Assembly (NCBI GenBank): GCA_003141195.1
Contig: PLLC01000080.1
Location: 21,624 to 60,715 of the forward strand
DNA: 39,092 bases
Reading direction: 5' to 3'
Origin: Syntrophaceae bacterium
Lineage (GTDB): Bacteria > Desulfobacterota > Syntrophia > Syntrophales > UBA5619
Part shown: in pieces, positions 8,216 to 17,124 of the stretch
Numbering within the stretch: the stretch's first letter is position 1
How the letters are laid out: the number at the start of each line of letters is the position of its first letter
Notes under the pieces: model-generated
What the model was told of the DNA's origin: nothing
The model's input: the letters and a program-made list of their open reading frames with translations, nothing else
The model's database searches: none
Made by a program: the position numbers and the translations under genes

Positions 8216-9159
8216 TCCGTCAGGCCCGCAATCAGGCCGCGTGCGGCGTCTTCATCGGCGCCGTCGATCCAGCGGATCAAAACGCCGCTTTTTTCCATCC
8301 TCCGGAACCAGGTTTCCTGCCGCTTGGCAAACTGGTGTATGCGGGTGTTCAATGTCTGAAACATCTCCTCCCACGTGATTTTCTGCTGCAGGTAAAGGCT
8401 GATATAACGATATTCCAGACCGAAGGATTCGAGCCTCTCCCATGCGATCCCCCGGTCATGAAGGCGTCGGACCTCATCGATCATCCCGGCCTCCAGACGG
8501 CGCTGAAGACGAAGGATGATCTTCCGGCGCAGATCGTTCCGGTCACAGCGGATCCCGATGACCAGCGGCGAAACCGTTACGGGCGGCTCTGCGGCATGGG
8601 GATGTTCCCGGGAAAATTCGGCGATCTCAATCGCTCGGATGAGCCTTTTCCGCTCCAAGAGGTCTGTGGTATTGTGAACATCCGGACAGAGCGAACGGAA
8701 ACGTCGGCGGAGGGATTCCATTCCTTCCCCGGCGAGTTTTTCGCGAAGCCTTTGATTTTCAGGAACCGCCGGCATTCGATATCCCCGAAGTACCGAATCC
8801 AGATAGAGACCTGTCCCTCCTGTTAGAATCGGGATCTTCCCCCGCCGCAAGATTTCCTGAAAACAAGGGTAGAAAAGTTTCTGAAATGCAAAAACGTTGA
8901 ATTCTTCCGCCGGATCGCAGATGTCGATCAGGTGAACCGTAACGGCGCCCCCTCCCTGTCCGTATTCGGAGAGGTCCTTTCCTGTTCCCAGATCCATTTC
9001 CCGGTAGACCTGACGGGAATCCGCCGAGAGGATCTCTCCGCCGATTCCCCGTGCCAGACGGATGGCGAGCCCCGTTTTCCCCGATGCGGTCGGTCCCAGG
9101 ACGACGAGAAGATTCCAACGCTCTCTGAAACTCCTGATCACCCTGTCTTCGATGACCAT
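8212..9159 (-). CDS. miaA: tRNA dimethylallyltransferase
   Basis: GPTASGKT, SADSRQVY, DLGTGK, GGTGLY, AKRQETWFR; start at ATG 9159 after GGAG. Confidence 0.93.
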   Translation of the reverse strand: MVIEDRVIRSFRERWNLLVVLGPTASGKTGLAIRLARGIGGEILSADSRQVYREMDLGTGKDLSEYGQGGGAVTVHLIDICDPAEEFNVFAFQKLFYPCFQEILRRGKIPILTGGTGLYLDSVLRGYRMPAVPENQRLREKLAGEGMESLRRRFRSLCPDVHNTTDLLERKRLIRAIEIAEFSREHPHAAEPPVTVSPLVIGIRCDRNDLRRKIILRLQRRLEAGMIDEVRRLHDRGIAWERLESFGLEYRYISLYLQQKITWEEMFQTLNTRIHQFAKRQETWFRRMEKSGVLIRWIDGADEDAARGLIAGLTE

Positions 9160-9265
9160 GGACTTCGCTCCTTTGCCGTCTCTCGGTTGATCCGAAATGG
9201 CCTGCGGGAATATCCTGCAAGGAAGCCGCCAATATGACATCTGAATGATGCTGGAATTCGGAGGT

Positions 9266-9302
9266 AAAAAAATGTCCCGGCCGCTTTTGGCGGCCGGGAC
9301 AT
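9266..9302 (-). terminator. Intrinsic terminator of the csp gene
   Basis: Stem atgtcccggccgc / gcggccgggacat followed by a U run on the minus strand. Confidence 0.85.
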
Positions 9303-9322
9303 ACACGGTTGAAGAGGTTTCC

Positions 9323-9523
9323 TTATAATGGCTGTACGTTCACTGCGGCAGGACCCTTATTGCCCTGCTCGATGTCAAAGCGAATTCTCTGACCCTCATA
9401 AAGCGTCTTGAAGCCTTCGCCCTGAATGGCACTGAAATGTACAAAGACATCCCCGCCTTCATCATTCTCGATAAAGCCAAACCCTTTCTTCTCGTTGAAC
9501 CACTTTACCTTACCTTCTGCCAA
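9323..9523 (-). CDS. csp: Cold-shock protein (CspA family)
   Basis: GKVKWFN, KGFGFI (RNP1), DVFVHFSAI (RNP2), GFKTL; TTG start. Confidence 0.96.
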   Translation of the reverse strand: MAEGKVKWFNEKKGFGFIENDEGGDVFVHFSAIQGEGFKTLYEGQRIRFDIEQGNKGPAAVNVQPL

Positions 9524-9764
9524 TGCTGTACACCCCCCTTTCCTAAGATTTGTTCAAGCGGGCTTCGCATCCTGGAGGCATAAAAAAACCACCCCTTCTC
9601 AGAATCGAGTCCTGAACCAGTGGTGGCTTGATTGTCTGCAAGATATGAACACCCAACTTTTCCCTGCCCCGCCCTTCTTCGTTATCTCATCAAATCCAAC
9701 GGACGAGCTATTTCCCGGGCGGATGTGTGTGCCTAACATCGATTTTTTGAAAATGCAAGCATTT

Positions 9765-10027
9765 TTTATCAATTTGATGGCAGGCCGCCCAATGGTCCTC
9801 ACCGTCCTCTTCCAATACCGGTTCCCGTTGTTCGCAGATTCCCATCCGCAAGGGACACCGAGGATCGAAGGCGCATCCCGGCAGCGGATCTGCGGGCGAG
9901 GGCATCTCCCCGCGCAGGATCGTCCGTTCCGACTTCCGCACGAGAACGTCCTCCCCTTCGAACCGGATCAACCCCGCCGACGATCCGCCTGGAGGGCGAA
10001 GGAACCAGCCTCGGGATGGAGAGGGCC
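9765..10027 (-). pseudogene. Collapsed remnant of oligopeptide ABC ATPase gene(s) (oppD/oppF-like)
   Basis: ALSIPRLVPSPSRRIVGG/(shift)IRFEGEDVL joined to the C-terminal ILRGEMPSPADPLPGCAFDPRCP...C...HWAACH domain. Confidence 0.75.
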
Positions 10028-10033
10028 AGAACC

Positions 10034-11545
10034 TTATTTTTTCCCCATCCGATACCCGTTCCGAAGAAACTGGATCAGGAGACGGACCCCCACACCTGAT
10101 GCACCCTTGGGGATGTATGGTTTTTCTTTTGTGAGCCAGGCGGGACCGGCGATGTCCAGATGGACCCAGGGGTAACCGCCGGTGAATTTGCTCAGAAACG
10201 CGGCCGCCGTGATGGCCCCGCCCGCCCTGCCGCCGGAATTCTTGTAATCCGCGGCATCTCCCTTGATCAGTTCATGATACTCCTCCCAGAGCGGCAGCTC
10301 CCACACCTTTTCCCCGGTGAGCTCGGCGGCCACACGGATCTCCCGTTTGAGATCGTCGTCCGTTCCCATCATGCCGATCACGTGATCGCCCAGGGCCACG
10401 ATACAGGCCCCCGTCAGGGTCGCCAGGTCGATGATCGCGGCGGGCTTGTAACGGCCGGCGTAGGTCAGGGCGTCTGCGAGGATCAGGCGTCCTTCGGCGT
10501 CGGTCGTCACGACCTCGATCGTCCGGCCCGAGAAGGATTTGAGAATATCACCCGGTTTGTACGCCTTCCCGCCCGGCAGGTTTTCCGTCGCCGGTACGAT
10601 CCCGACCAGATTCACCGGCAGGCCGAGCTCCGCTGCGGCCCGGACGACCGCAATCACCGCCGCCCCGCCCGCCATGTCCGTTTTCATCTGGTCCATCTTA
10701 TCGGACGGCTTGATGGAGATCCCACCGCTGTCGAAGGTGATCCCCTTACCGACCAGGGCGATGACCGGACTCGACTTCTTCCCCCCGCGGTATTCAAGTA
10801 TGATCAACTGAGGCGGCTCGTCGCTTCCCCGGGCCACGCCCAGGAGGGCATTCATCCCAAGTTCATTCATCTGGCCGGCATCGAGCACCGTACAGCGGAT
10901 GTTCCTCCCCTTGGCGCTTTCTCTGGCCTCGTTCGCAAGATCGGACGGGGTCATCTCATTCGCCGGCGTGGAAACGATATCCCGCGCAAAGGTGGCCGCG
11001 GCGGAGATGATTTCGGCCGTTTTCGCCGCGGCCCGGATAACCTTGTAAGTCCCCTCTTCCGCCACCAGGATCGTAAACCCCGCGACCTCGCGGCTCTGTT
11101 CCCGATCGAGGGTCTTGAACGGCAGAAATTGGTAAAGACCGAGGATAACCCCTTCTACGGCGGCCTCCGCCATCCGTTCGAGTGGAAAATCTATATTCTG
11201 GATGTTCAGCGAGGTAGAAAACTCGCTGATGTTCAGGGAACGGATCTGCTGCGCGGCCCTGGCGAATGCTTCCCGCAGACGATCCGGCGAGAAATCCAGT
11301 CTCTTCCCCAGCCCCACGACGACGATCCGCTTGACCGGAAGATCCCCCCGGGTATAGAGCACGGCGATCTGGTTCGTCCGGCCCGTAAAATCACCCCGGT
11401 GGAGGATCTCTCCAATCAGACCGCCACTCCTTTCATCCAGCAGGGCGGTAACGCCCGTAAGCCCGGTTTCGCCCTCGAAGAGGGTCACAACCGCCGCTTC
11501 GGTCATATGCTCCGGCAGACTGCCCGTTCTGACTTGAATCTTCAT
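10034..11545 (-). CDS. pepA: Leucyl aminopeptidase (M17)
   Basis: GKGITFDSGG, MKTDMAG, TTDAEGRL, DLATLTGAC, WVHLDIAG; start ATG 11545 after GGAGGAGG. Confidence 0.95.
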   Translation of the reverse strand: MKIQVRTGSLPEHMTEAAVVTLFEGETGLTGVTALLDERSGGLIGEILHRGDFTGRTNQIAVLYTRGDLPVKRIVVVGLGKRLDFSPDRLREAFARAAQQIRSLNISEFSTSLNIQNIDFPLERMAEAAVEGVILGLYQFLPFKTLDREQSREVAGFTILVAEEGTYKVIRAAAKTAEIISAAATFARDIVSTPANEMTPSDLANEARESAKGRNIRCTVLDAGQMNELGMNALLGVARGSDEPPQLIILEYRGGKKSSPVIALVGKGITFDSGGISIKPSDKMDQMKTDMAGGAAVIAVVRAAAELGLPVNLVGIVPATENLPGGKAYKPGDILKSFSGRTIEVVTTDAEGRLILADALTYAGRYKPAAIIDLATLTGACIVALGDHVIGMMGTDDDLKREIRVAAELTGEKVWELPLWEEYHELIKGDAADYKNSGGRAGGAITAAAFLSKFTGGYPWVHLDIAGPAWLTKEKPYIPKGASGVGVRLLIQFLRNGYRMGKK

Positions 11546-11785
11546 ATCCTCCTCCACGCAGGGATTATTCTCCAGGCCCCCTGCCCATGACAAACATCTT
11601 GGTTGAGCGGGGAATTTCCGAAAGGTGATTTCACCGTCAGGATAACACAAGAAGGACAAAAGTCAATTTTGAACCAGGAATAATCGGATGAAATTATGGC
11701 CGCCTCCACGCTTCTGATAGGCATGAGCGCCCTTAAACCAGGATTGCCCTGCGGTGGTCAAAAAAGGCGTCTGCAACCGGCGCGC

Positions 11786-11822
11786 AAAAAAAAGGGGCAA
11801 GCCGAAGATCGCTGCCCCCTTT
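11786..11822 (-). terminator. Terminator after the tRNA pair
   Basis: Minus strand ggggcagc...gcttgcccc followed by T8. Confidence 0.75.
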
Positions 11823-11828
11823 AACGTC

Positions 11829-11904
11829 TGGAGGCGGCATCCGGATTTGAACCGGAGAATAACGGTTTTGCAGACCGCTGCCTTAGCCACTTGGCTATGC
11901 CGCC
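11829..11904 (-). tRNA. tRNA-Cys (GCA)
   Basis: GGCGGCATAGCCAAGTGG...CTGCAAA...GGTTCAAATCC...GCCGCCTCCA; cloverleaf with encoded CCA. Confidence 0.97.
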
Positions 11905-11918
11905 GTTCGGAGAAAAAA

Positions 11919-11993
11919 TGGAGCGGGCGAACGGATTTGAACCGTCGACGTCCACCTTGGCAAGGTGGCACTCTACCACTGAGTTACGCCCGC
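11919..11993 (-). tRNA. tRNA-Gly (GCC)
   Basis: GCGGGCGTAACTCAGTGGTAGAG...TTGCCAA...GGTTCAAATCC...CCCGCTCCA. Confidence 0.97.
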
Positions 11994-12013
11994 TCAGTTT
12001 GTGATGGCGCGTG

Positions 12014-12041
12014 ACTATAACAAATAAAATCCGTTTGTCAA
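12014..12041 (-). promoter_or_regulatory. Stable-RNA-type promoter for tRNA-Gly/Cys
   Basis: TTGACA-16 nt-TATAGT with TGn extension, GC-rich discriminator CACGCGCC and AT-rich upstream region. Confidence 0.7.
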
Positions 12042-12160
12042 TAAAATAATTGTCCCTTTCGCACCTCAAACCCATCGGCGGGTCTAGATCATTTCAATAA
12101 TATTTTCAATTGCTTTTGATACTCTGCCCTCCCCCGAAAAAAGATGCCGTTGTGGAGGTT

Positions 12161-12772
12161 TCAGGCCTTTTTCCGGATGCCGGTCTGGTAAAATTTGAGA
12201 AAGTAATCGATCCCGGAGGTGACCGTAAGAAACAGGGCGATGAAAAGGATCACCATGCCGACCGCATGGGCGTCGGCGCCGATGAACGGGTAATGGATCA
12301 TCAGCGCGGAGACGGCGAAGATCTGGCAGAGCGTCTTCCGCTTCCCCAGTGGGCTTGCCTGAATGACCATCCCTTCGGAGGAGGCGATGTTGCGGATGCC
12401 GTCCACGGCGAAATCCCGGATAATGATGAGGGCAACGATCCAAGCGGGGATCCGGCCGATCGGGATCATCAGGATCATTGCCGTGTTGACGATCAGCTTG
12501 TCGGCGATCGGATCGAGGAACTTGCCCATCGTCGTGACGATCTCAAATCTCCGGGCAATGTATCCGTCGAGAAGATCGGTCAGGGCCGCTCCGATGAAGA
12601 GGATCGTGATGACAAGGCTCATGGCCGGTCCCGGGGAGAAGAGGAGGCCGAAAAGCACGGGGATCACCCCGATCCGGAGCATGGTGATCGTATTGGGGAG
12701 GTTAAAAATCGCTCTCCTGTCCTCCGGAATGGGCAACCGGTCAAACGACCGCTTCAGAAAATCGATCATCAC
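12161..12772 (-). CDS. pgsA: CDP-diacylglycerol--glycerol-3-phosphate 3-phosphatidyltransferase
   Basis: NLPNTITMLRI, TDLLDGYIARR, GKFLDPIADK; conserved position upstream of tRNA-Gly-Cys. Confidence 0.95.
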   Translation of the reverse strand: MMIDFLKRSFDRLPIPEDRRAIFNLPNTITMLRIGVIPVLFGLLFSPGPAMSLVITILFIGAALTDLLDGYIARRFEIVTTMGKFLDPIADKLIVNTAMILMIPIGRIPAWIVALIIIRDFAVDGIRNIASSEGMVIQASPLGKRKTLCQIFAVSALMIHYPFIGADAHAVGMVILFIALFLTVTSGIDYFLKFYQTGIRKKA

Positions 12773-12796
12773 GGGGAATCTCCTCGCATTCCCGTT

Positions 12797-13072
12797 TTAC
12801 TTTTTTCCATACTGTTCCAGACATTTCTGAGAGCAGAAATAGACTGTCCTCCCGTCGATCTCCGTCCGGAAGGCCTGGCTCAACGGAACGTAGATATGGC
12901 AGTGAGGATCTTCCACAAGTTCCTCGCCGGCAGCGGGGGTTTGGATCCTTGCCGAACCGGGCTTCCCGCCGACCGCCGGAAAGCTCTTACGGATCAGCTT
13001 GTACAGGAGATAAATCACGATAATGCCGATGACCCACCTGAGTATCATCTTTATATTGCCCCTCATCATCAT
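12797..13072 (-). CDS. Small membrane-anchored YHS/TRASH-domain protein (alternative start 13048)
   Basis: N-terminal TM helix; LVEDPHCHIYVP...YFCSQKC. Confidence 0.8.
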   Translation of the reverse strand: MMMRGNIKMILRWVIGIIVIYLLYKLIRKSFPAVGGKPGSARIQTPAAGEELVEDPHCHIYVPLSQAFRTEIDGRTVYFCSQKCLEQYGKK

Positions 13073-13113
13073 CGTTTCTTCCGCGGCTGATCCGCCTCGG
13101 ATCGTTCATTCGC

Positions 13114-13644
13114 CTATTTTTCCGCTGCGCAACGCTCGACGAGACCCGGGTCCGTCAGGCGATCCAGCAGACCGCGGACGGAGACGCCGAAGGCGGGATG
13201 GATCACATAGGAGGCGAGCTCGCAGAGCGGTTCCAGGACAAAACGCCGCCGGTGCAGTTCCGGATGGGGGATGACCAGATCCTCCTCCGCAACAACCTTC
13301 TGGCCGTAGAGGAGAAGATCCAGATCGATCACCCGCGGCCCCCAGCGCGGACCGTCCGTCCGCCCCATCTTCCTTTCAATCCCCTTCAATGCCTCGAATA
13401 GTTTCCTGGGGGGTAGATCCGTCCGAATTTCAGCGACGGCATTGATGAACCAGGGCTGATCCTCCGGACCGACCGGCTCCGTCCGGTAGAGGGAGGAGCG
13501 GCGGAGGAGACAGATTTCCGGAATTGCCCCGATGCGCCGGAAGGCATCCCGGCACTGAACGGCCGGATCTCTTAGATTGGAACCGATCCCGATGAAGGCG
13601 ATGATTCCCCGCACCTCTTCTCCGGACGGCCCCTCGAATCCCAT
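13114..13644 (-). CDS. folK: 2-amino-4-hydroxy-6-hydroxymethyldihydropteridine diphosphokinase
   Basis: IGIGSNL, SSLYRTEP, FINAV, WGPRVIDLDLL, IPHP. Confidence 0.95.
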   Translation of the reverse strand: MGFEGPSGEEVRGIIAFIGIGSNLRDPAVQCRDAFRRIGAIPEICLLRRSSLYRTEPVGPEDQPWFINAVAEIRTDLPPRKLFEALKGIERKMGRTDGPRWGPRVIDLDLLLYGQKVVAEEDLVIPHPELHRRRFVLEPLCELASYVIHPAFGVSVRGLLDRLTDPGLVERCAAEK

Positions 13645-13654
13645 TTCGCCCCCG

Positions 13655-14464
13655 CTACCCCGCCTTCAGACCGAGGACATCCTGCATGTCGTAGAGGCCG
13701 TTTCCCCGGCCGACGACCCAGAGGGCCGCTCGGATCGCACCCCGGGCGAAATTGTCCCGGCTGTGGGCCCTGTGGATGAATTCAAGCCTCTCCCCCATCC
13801 CGCCGAAAATGACCGTATGCTCGCCGACGATATCCCCGGCCCGGAGGGTCTGAATCCCAATCTCCGATTTCGTTCGCTCTCCGATCATTCCCTTGCGGCT
13901 GTATAAGCCGACCTCGTCCAGATCGCGTCCGAGACTTTCCGCGATGACCTGGGCCATCTTCAGGGCCGTCCCGCTCGGTGCATCCTTCTTCAGATGATGG
14001 TGTGCCTCTACGATCTCCACATCGTAGTCATCGCCGAGGATCCCGGCGACATCCGCGAGGACCTTGAGCATGACGTTCACGCCGACGCTCATGTTCGGGG
14101 CAAGGACGCACCGGGCGGAGGCGGCCAGTTCACGTACCCGCTTCATCTCCTCTGCGGTAAAACCAGTGCTCCCGATGACGATGGACTTACCCTTCGCCGC
14201 CACAATTTCGAGGTTCCCCAGGGAGACCTCATGGGAAGTGAAATCGATCACGACATCCCCGCGGTCGATGCACCCGGCGAGGGAATCCCCGATGAGTATC
14301 CCCGTCCGACCGAGGCCCAGCCCCTCGCCCACATCCTTCCCGACGGCGGGATGCCCCTTCCGCTCCACAGCGCCCGCCAGTTTGATGCCGCCCGTCTCCG
14401 CGATGAGGCTGACGATTCGTCCCCCCATCCGCCCCTCGGCGCCCGTCACAATGGCTCTGATCAT
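13655..14464 (-). CDS. dapB: 4-hydroxy-tetrahydrodipicolinate reductase
   Basis: GAEGRMG, IDFT, GSTGF, EAHHHLKKDAPSGTA, GDIVGEH. Confidence 0.97.
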   Translation of the reverse strand: MIRAIVTGAEGRMGGRIVSLIAETGGIKLAGAVERKGHPAVGKDVGEGLGLGRTGILIGDSLAGCIDRGDVVIDFTSHEVSLGNLEIVAAKGKSIVIGSTGFTAEEMKRVRELAASARCVLAPNMSVGVNVMLKVLADVAGILGDDYDVEIVEAHHHLKKDAPSGTALKMAQVIAESLGRDLDEVGLYSRKGMIGERTKSEIGIQTLRAGDIVGEHTVIFGGMGERLEFIHRAHSRDNFARGAIRAALWVVGRGNGLYDMQDVLGLKAG

Positions 14465-14474
14465 GATTCCCCCC

Positions 14475-15350
14475 TCACCCGATCAATCCGTAATCCTGCA
14501 TCACCTTCTTCAGCGCCGCTTCGTTTTTCTCCGCCATCCGGCAGAGGGGGAGGCGCAGTTCATAGGCGATCTTCCCCATCATCGCGAGCGCCGCCTTCAC
14601 CGGGATCGGGTTCGTTTCGATGAACAGGGCGTCGATCAGCGGACTCATCCGGTAGTGGAGCTGACGCGCCTTCTCCAAATCGCCGGCGGCAAAGGCGTCG
14701 ACCATCCCCGCCATATCTCCCGGAACCACGTTGGAAATGACGGAGATGACCCCCTTGCCGCCGAGGGCGAGCAGCGGCAGCGTAAAGATGTCGTCGCCGG
14801 AGAGGACGTCGAAATCCGCTCCGCAAAGCAGGATCATATCGCTCATCTGTTTGATGGAGCCGGAGGCCTCCTTGACGCCGATGATGTTCGGAATCTTTGC
14901 CAGCCGAGCCAGCGTCTCCGGGAGCATATTCGTTCCCGTCCGGCCGGGGATGTTGTAGACGATGATGGGGACCGGAACCTCTTCCGCAATGGCCCGGTAG
15001 TGCAGGTAGAGTCCCTCCTGTGTCGGGCGGTTGTAATAGGGGCAGACGATCAGCGCCGCGTCGGCCCCCGCCTCCCAGGCATGTTTCGTCAGGCGGAGCG
15101 CCTCCGCCGTACTGTTGGATCCGGTCCCGGCGATGACCGGCACTCTCTTTTTCACCGCATCGACCGTGATCTCGATCACGCGGTCATGCTCCTCATGGGA
15201 GAGGGTGGTCGATTCGCCCGTGGTGCCGCAGGGCGCAATGCCGTCCGTCCCGGCCATGATCTGTTCCTCGATCAGGCGACGTAACGCCTCCTCATCCACT
15301 TTTCCGTTCCTGAACGGCGTCACAATCGCGACGATAGCGCCTTGAATCAT
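14475..15350 (-). CDS. dapA: 4-hydroxy-tetrahydrodipicolinate synthase
   Basis: GTTGES, PYYNRP, YNIPGRT, GVKEASG, TNPIPVK; start ATG 15350 after AGGAGG. Confidence 0.97.
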   Translation of the reverse strand: MIQGAIVAIVTPFRNGKVDEEALRRLIEEQIMAGTDGIAPCGTTGESTTLSHEEHDRVIEITVDAVKKRVPVIAGTGSNSTAEALRLTKHAWEAGADAALIVCPYYNRPTQEGLYLHYRAIAEEVPVPIIVYNIPGRTGTNMLPETLARLAKIPNIIGVKEASGSIKQMSDMILLCGADFDVLSGDDIFTLPLLALGGKGVISVISNVVPGDMAGMVDAFAAGDLEKARQLHYRMSPLIDALFIETNPIPVKAALAMMGKIAYELRLPLCRMAEKNEAALKKVMQDYGLIG

Positions 15351-15370
15351 AAACCCTCCTTGCATCTTTC

Positions 15371-16630
15371 TCAAGTGTTCATGAAATCGGGGATTTCTTC
15401 CCCCCGGGTCAGATCTTCGCAGGTCTCCCGCTTCCGGATGACGTACCAGCGGTCGTCCCGCACCAGGATCTCCGGGATCCTTGGACGCGAATTGTAGTTG
15501 GATGACATGGTGAACCCATAGGCGCCGGCGCTCATCACCGCCATGAGCTCTCCTCGCTCAAAGGCGGGCAGCCGCCGTCCCTTGGCCAGAAAATCGCCGG
15601 ACTCGCAGATCGGGCCAACCACATCCACTGTGATCTCCTCCCGCGCCCGCTGGAGAACCGGCTGTATCTGATGGAAAGCGCCGTAGAGGCTGGGGCGGAT
15701 CAGGTCGTTCATTCCCGCATCGACGACAACGAACCTCTTCCCGTCGTTCCCCTTGGTGTAGAGAACCCGGGTCACCAGAATCCCGGCATTGCCGACGATC
15801 ACCCGGCCCGGCTCGAAGATGAAGGTGCAGTCGAGATCCTTTGAGGCGTCGATGATCGCCCGGGCGTATTCCGAGGGATGGGGAGGGGTCTCCTGATCAT
15901 AGGCGATCCCCAGACCGCCGCCGAGATCGAGATAGCGGATCGCAATCCCCTCTTCCCGGAGCCGCCGGATCAGATCCTTCAGTCGCCCGAGGGCGTCGAT
16001 GAAGGGCGAAATCTTCGTCACCTGCGAACCGATATGGCAGCTCACCCCCTTGATGTCCAGATGCGTGAGCGAGGACGCACGCCGGTAGGCGACGAGGGAG
16101 GCCTCGACGTCGATCCCGAATTTGTTCTCCCGGAGGCCGGTGGAGATATGGGGATGGGTCTCGGGGTCGACATCCGGGTTTACCCGAAGGGCAATCCCCG
16201 CCCGGAGGCCCAGAATTGCAGCGCGATCGTTGATCGTCTCCAGTTCCTGAGCGGATTCCACGTTGAACATCAGGATGCCGGTTTTAAGGGCAAAATCGAT
16301 CTCATCCTCTCGCTTCCCGACCCCGGAATAGACGACCTTGCCGGGATCGACGTGGGCCTTCAGGGCGCGGTAGAGCTCCCCGCCCGAGACGAGATCCACA
16401 CCGCCCCCCTCCCGGACGAAGAGCCTGAGGATCGCTGTGTTCGAATTGGCCTTGACGGCAAAGCAGACGATGTGGGGAACCTCCGCAAAGGCCGCGTCAA
16501 AGACGCGAAAATGGTGCAAAAGCGTCCGGTGGCTGTAGAGATAAAAGGGGGTGCCCGCCTCCCGGGCGATCCGCTCAACCGGAACCTCCTCGCAGAAGAG
16601 GGCCTGATCCTGATAGTGAAAATAATTCAT
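15371..16630 (-). CDS. lysA: Diaminopimelate decarboxylase
   Basis: FAVKAN (PLP Lys), HIGSQ, DLGGG, EPGR, GPICESGD, SNYNSRPR; start at MNYFHY. Confidence 0.96.
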   Translation of the reverse strand: MNYFHYQDQALFCEEVPVERIAREAGTPFYLYSHRTLLHHFRVFDAAFAEVPHIVCFAVKANSNTAILRLFVREGGGVDLVSGGELYRALKAHVDPGKVVYSGVGKREDEIDFALKTGILMFNVESAQELETINDRAAILGLRAGIALRVNPDVDPETHPHISTGLRENKFGIDVEASLVAYRRASSLTHLDIKGVSCHIGSQVTKISPFIDALGRLKDLIRRLREEGIAIRYLDLGGGLGIAYDQETPPHPSEYARAIIDASKDLDCTFIFEPGRVIVGNAGILVTRVLYTKGNDGKRFVVVDAGMNDLIRPSLYGAFHQIQPVLQRAREEITVDVVGPICESGDFLAKGRRLPAFERGELMAVMSAGAYGFTMSSNYNSRPRIPEILVRDDRWYVIRKRETCEDLTRGEEIPDFMNT

Positions 16631-16668
16631 CGTTCCCTTTTCTTTTGTTTCTTTGCGCTGCGACATTC

Positions 16669-17124
16669 TCAGCGCTTCTCCCGGAACCGTTGGGCGGGAG
16701 CGGACGGCTCCCCGCAGTGCCCCTGGGAATCGCACGCCGACACCCGGTATGAATAGAAACGGCCCGCCGCGACGGCCGCATCGACGTAACGGAACCCCCT
16801 TTCCCCCGCGCGCTGCAATGTTTGATCGGCGACCTTCAGCGTCGCGAACGGCCGGTAGTCCTGCGGGCATCCGGGACACGCCTGGTCTGCGGCCGCATCG
16901 CTCCGGAGGATCCGGAAATGGTCGATCCGCCCGTCCGGTCCAGGCGCCGACCAGCCAAGCAGGATCCCCTCCGCAACAGAGTCGGCGGTGAGATCGGCGA
17001 TCGCCGGAGGCAGTATGAGCCGCGGGGGAATGGGATCCCCCTTCTTCCCGCATCCGGCGTAGAGCAGGACGCCGAACAGAACCCCCCCGAGAACCCCGCA
17101 GAGAATCCGGTGGCGTTTCAGCAT
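16669..17124 (-). CDS. Lipoprotein with fibronectin type III-like domain
   Basis: Lipobox LYAG-C, then GKKGDPIPP, LGWS, CPGCP, YSYRV; usual position between argH and lysA. Confidence 0.8.
   Translation of the reverse strand: MLKRHRILCGVLGGVLFGVLLYAGCGKKGDPIPPRLILPPAIADLTADSVAEGILLGWSAPGPDGRIDHFRILRSDAAADQACPGCPQDYRPFATLKVADQTLQRAGERGFRYVDAAVAAGRFYSYRVSACDSQGHCGEPSAPAQRFREKR

Noticed and set aside
11660-11830. Integrated element at tRNA-Cys/tRNA-Gly
   Set aside because: No duplicated tRNA 3' end or integrase seen; a terminator and pepA follow directly
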